Source: Chrysomallon squamiferum
Lineage: Eukaryota > Animalia > Mollusca
Length of the DNA stretch: 64,000 bases
Direction of reading: 5' to 3'
NCBI GenBank assembly: GCA_012295275.1
Contig: CM022673.1
Location: forward strand, 19,530,001 to 19,594,000
This document shows, in pieces, positions 60,591-64,000 of the stretch (the stretch's first letter is position 1; every line of letters begins with the position of its first letter). The notes under the pieces were generated by a model that was not told the origin of the DNA, made no database searches, and saw nothing but the letters and a program-made list of their open reading frames with translations. A program made the translations under genes and the position numbers.

Positions 60591-63500
60591 ACATGATACA
60601 GAAATTTGTTTTACATTTCTTGCAAAAAATACACACACATATTATACTAACATTGGGGGAATTGTGTCACTGAAAAATTCAGTTAAGATCTTAGCAATAA
60701 AGTTGTTTTCTTGGTTTTGTAATGCAGAATTAACATTATTTTTCTAAGAGTTTACAGATATTACCATGAGTATTAAGAAAGAAGAATTTGCTGATTATCA
60801 GAGTGGAAAAATCTAATCTTAAGTTTAAACTTAAGGACTGAAATCCAAAACAAATTTTTATTTGTTATAATTATTTGTTGTTGCCACCGTTTTATTTAAA
60901 TCTGTGAATAAAAAAGACTTAAAATGAGACTTTTTAATTTCAAAAATAAATAAAATATTTCATGATCTCTAGAATGATTTTTAAAATCTTGCTAAAAACA
61001 TTTCCAGAAATACTTTTCAGTGTTCTCTTTGAGTGTGGTGTGATATTATTACAGTATTTTGTAAATTTATATAAATATATTATCAAATCTTAATGTTTAA
61101 AGTATCAAAATAATGTTAAAAAATGTACATCATTATTTTCTTTTAATGTACCAACTGATCCAGATAATACTGTTTATAAGCATGTTCCCTGACAATGATT
61201 TAGCATATTAATATGTTTTTATAACTCATATATTTTATGAAATATAGATGGCTGTGCTTCCATTTGATCTAAAGTTTAATGTGCATGTTAAGTGCTTAGA
61301 GCACAATCTTGTTAGGTGAAAAAAAAATGCCTGTTCTGCCGAATGTGTAAGCTTTTAATCACATATATTAGTATAATTCTGAATGAAACTAAGAATCACC
61401 AACTGACAGAGGACCTGACATTTACAGTATCACAGTGAAACATTTTAACATTAATTTTTTTGGAAACTGAAAAACTGACATATCACTGATATAATCGATA
61501 TAAACTGATGTACTTGATATCTGTTTCTTCACTAGTTAGCTGTCATGTTAATTTAATTAAAACAATCAGTGTAATTACAATGCAGAGCTGTTTTCCTTTG
61601 TCACTGTTTATTTGACACACACACACACTCACTTATTGCCTTTAGCTGTCTTGGTCTCATTATTATTATTATTATTATTATTAATTACTTTCTAAATTTA
61701 ATGCTATTCATTATTTGGGATATTCTGTAACTAATTAATTTATTTTCCTTTCTTAGGTTTTTCTACTGCTTTTGTAAATTTAATTTAAAGGTAAAAAATA
61801 AATAGAATATGTTTTCAGTATTCTGTCTGATAATTAGTTAATGGTGTTACGTAAGTGTGAAATTAAATAATTGATTTGAATTATTTATTTATTTATTTGT
61901 TTATTTACTTTTACTTACTTACTTATTTATATTTACTTTCAAATACAGTTTAAGAACGGTTCAGCCTGTTTTACAAGAAAACGGTATCATAATGAAATAT
62001 AATTATATAGAGCAAAATGAACACAGATTAATAGCCCGAGTATTCTCTGGCAGATCGGGTGAGACGGACATTTCGATGGATATCGTTTATTAAATTATTT
62101 TATTTATTTTGGGGGATAACATTGCCAGCTGTGCAATTGTCAACGATTTTTGTATTACATTCCTTTAGATGGGTAATTTTTTTAGTTCGCTGGTACCATG
62201 AGAAGTACCATTTCGTCGTACTTATACATGCTACAAGAAGAAGCCAAAGACCCATGTCATAAATCTTCGTCCGTTTGAATCGACCTAAACAGTGACGTAA
62301 CGTCATCTGACTAACACAGCTGCTTTTCATAGTATAAATGTACTATAAAGTTTGTCATATAGCGACTACGTAATTTTAATTATTACTTTTTATTTTTTTA
62401 TTTCAAAGGCGGAACAGTATCAAAATATGTTTTTTTTTTTTTTTTTTTTTTTTTTGGGGGGGGCGTTAAATGAGGCGAATATTGGACGCTAATTCTTCTT
62501 TCTTAGCAGTTTTATTACTTGTACATGCCAACATGTTAATTATATTCACAAATCTCATTCAAGAATGAATGTTTGTTTATGAAGAAATTGTAACTAGTTT
62601 GTTTACAAGTTTTATTAATAATAACTGATTTTAATCATAGTGGTAGTAAAAGTGACTCAGAAGATGGAAATAGGCTTAAGAAAAACAAATCGCACTTCCA
62701 GAAAAAAAGAAATTATGTTGTAGAAGAGCAGTAGCATATTCAAATAATGGCAGATATGACACATGCCATGGTCGCTATGTGAAGAGATCTCCAGCTTCAG
62801 TTTCTTTTATTGTAAAAATGATCTAAAAGATAGGTGACAGATATCTGGGCAGTGGCTTAATTTCAGTTCTTGTCGTCGTTGCTATTTTCTGAAGAACCAT
62901 GTAGACCGGTGACAAGTTAACTAAACTGAAATCATTTTAACCTAGTATTCAGGGAATACAGGCTGAGACTTCGTTGTTGGAGAAATAACTTACGCTCTTG
63001 TAGAGTTTATTTTATTTTCATTTTCATTTCAGGAACTGTTATAATAAAAATAAAAATTATATGTGTATTAGTAGATACAAAATAGACTCATTTTATAAAA
63101 TATGAATTAACGTTATTTTCCTCCTGAAATTAGGATGGCACTCCGAAAGCCGAGCAGGCCGCAGTTTGCCCATGACTGGTATAAACTATAAATGCACAGT
63201 GAATTACGACCGATATATCGTAAGTCGTAATCAAATCACAATTCTAATAATAACAACAACAACAATACAGAGGGAAATCTTTGAACATGGACAAAATAAT
63301 TTGCAGTTTCTCAGAAAATAAATGTAACATCTCAAAACTACTGAAGGTATATGCAGTTTTTATTTCATTAATCTAATCACACCTTATATGTCAGATCCTA
63401 AGAGAGAATGGGAAAGTTACAAATAGCTTTGACTTTTTTTACAAGCACAAAAACGAACAGGAAGAAAGCGCCAGTGACTAAATTTTAACATTGATAAAAT

Positions 63501-63964
63501 TATTATAATGTACCTCTCCATCTTTCTTTCAATTTTATTTTGTTTATTCTATTATTATTTTTAATTTTTAATTTTATTATTTAAAAAACCCAGAGAATTT
63601 GACCGACGACAAATTAATCCTTGATACTATTATTTATTTATTTATATACATAGTTTTTTTATCTCTATATTTTCATTTATCATTATTATTTACTATTATT
63701 ATTATTATTATTATTATCATTATTATTATTATTATTTATCTATTTTTTTTTTTTTTTATCATTTTTTAAATTATAATGATTCAAGGCGCTTTCCTTGAAA
63801 TGCTACTGATGTAGATCAATGAAAACTTACAAAGCAGAAAATAAATTTATATCGTGAAGAATTCGTCGAATGTATTCACTGAGCTATATGAATAAAAATT
63901 AATTGGACATCCTTTACAGAGTATTTATAGGCTTGTATTCTAGCTTTTATACTCTTTCTTCTCA

Positions 63965-63998
<34 letters not shown>

Positions 63999-64000
63999 GT

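Noticed and set aside
62885-62930. Hammerhead-like CTGAAGA-ACC...GGT-GACA (also CTGATGA motifs at 14446 and minus strand ~42380)
   Set aside because: GAAA core is mutated or absent, and stems I and III with an NUH site cannot be formed.

Overview
AT-rich, intron-rich animal genomic DNA, probably molluscan (inferred only from Nin-domain SINE-like fragments and the transposon complement). Three intact housekeeping genes can be rebuilt exon by exon. DDX42 is on the minus strand (5' part only, runs off the left edge). PSMC5/Rpt6 is on the minus strand (13 exons, 404 aa). A CHPF-type chondroitin polymerizing factor is on the plus strand (6 coding exons, 773 aa). A full-length, apparently young ~6.7 kb I-group non-LTR retrotransposon (gag-like ORF1; APE-RT-RNase H-CCHC ORF2; structured 3' end; (CCATTT)n tail) sits in a (CA)n tract at 34.8-41.5 kb. 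Many older elements are present: Sola2 deletion derivatives with 4-bp TSDs, MULE, Tigger/pogo, hAT and RTE fragments, plus a ~138-bp minisatellite. The most interesting hidden signal is a set of decayed multi-exon genes that the ORF track misses. One is a KASH5/LRMP-like pseudogene head-to-head with DDX42. A second, more tentative, is a MAJIN-like pseudogene interrupted by the retrotransposon; both families serve meiotic telomere-nuclear envelope attachment. A possible third decayed gene lies near 60 kb. All homology calls are by-eye comparisons with remembered sequences; no searches were run.
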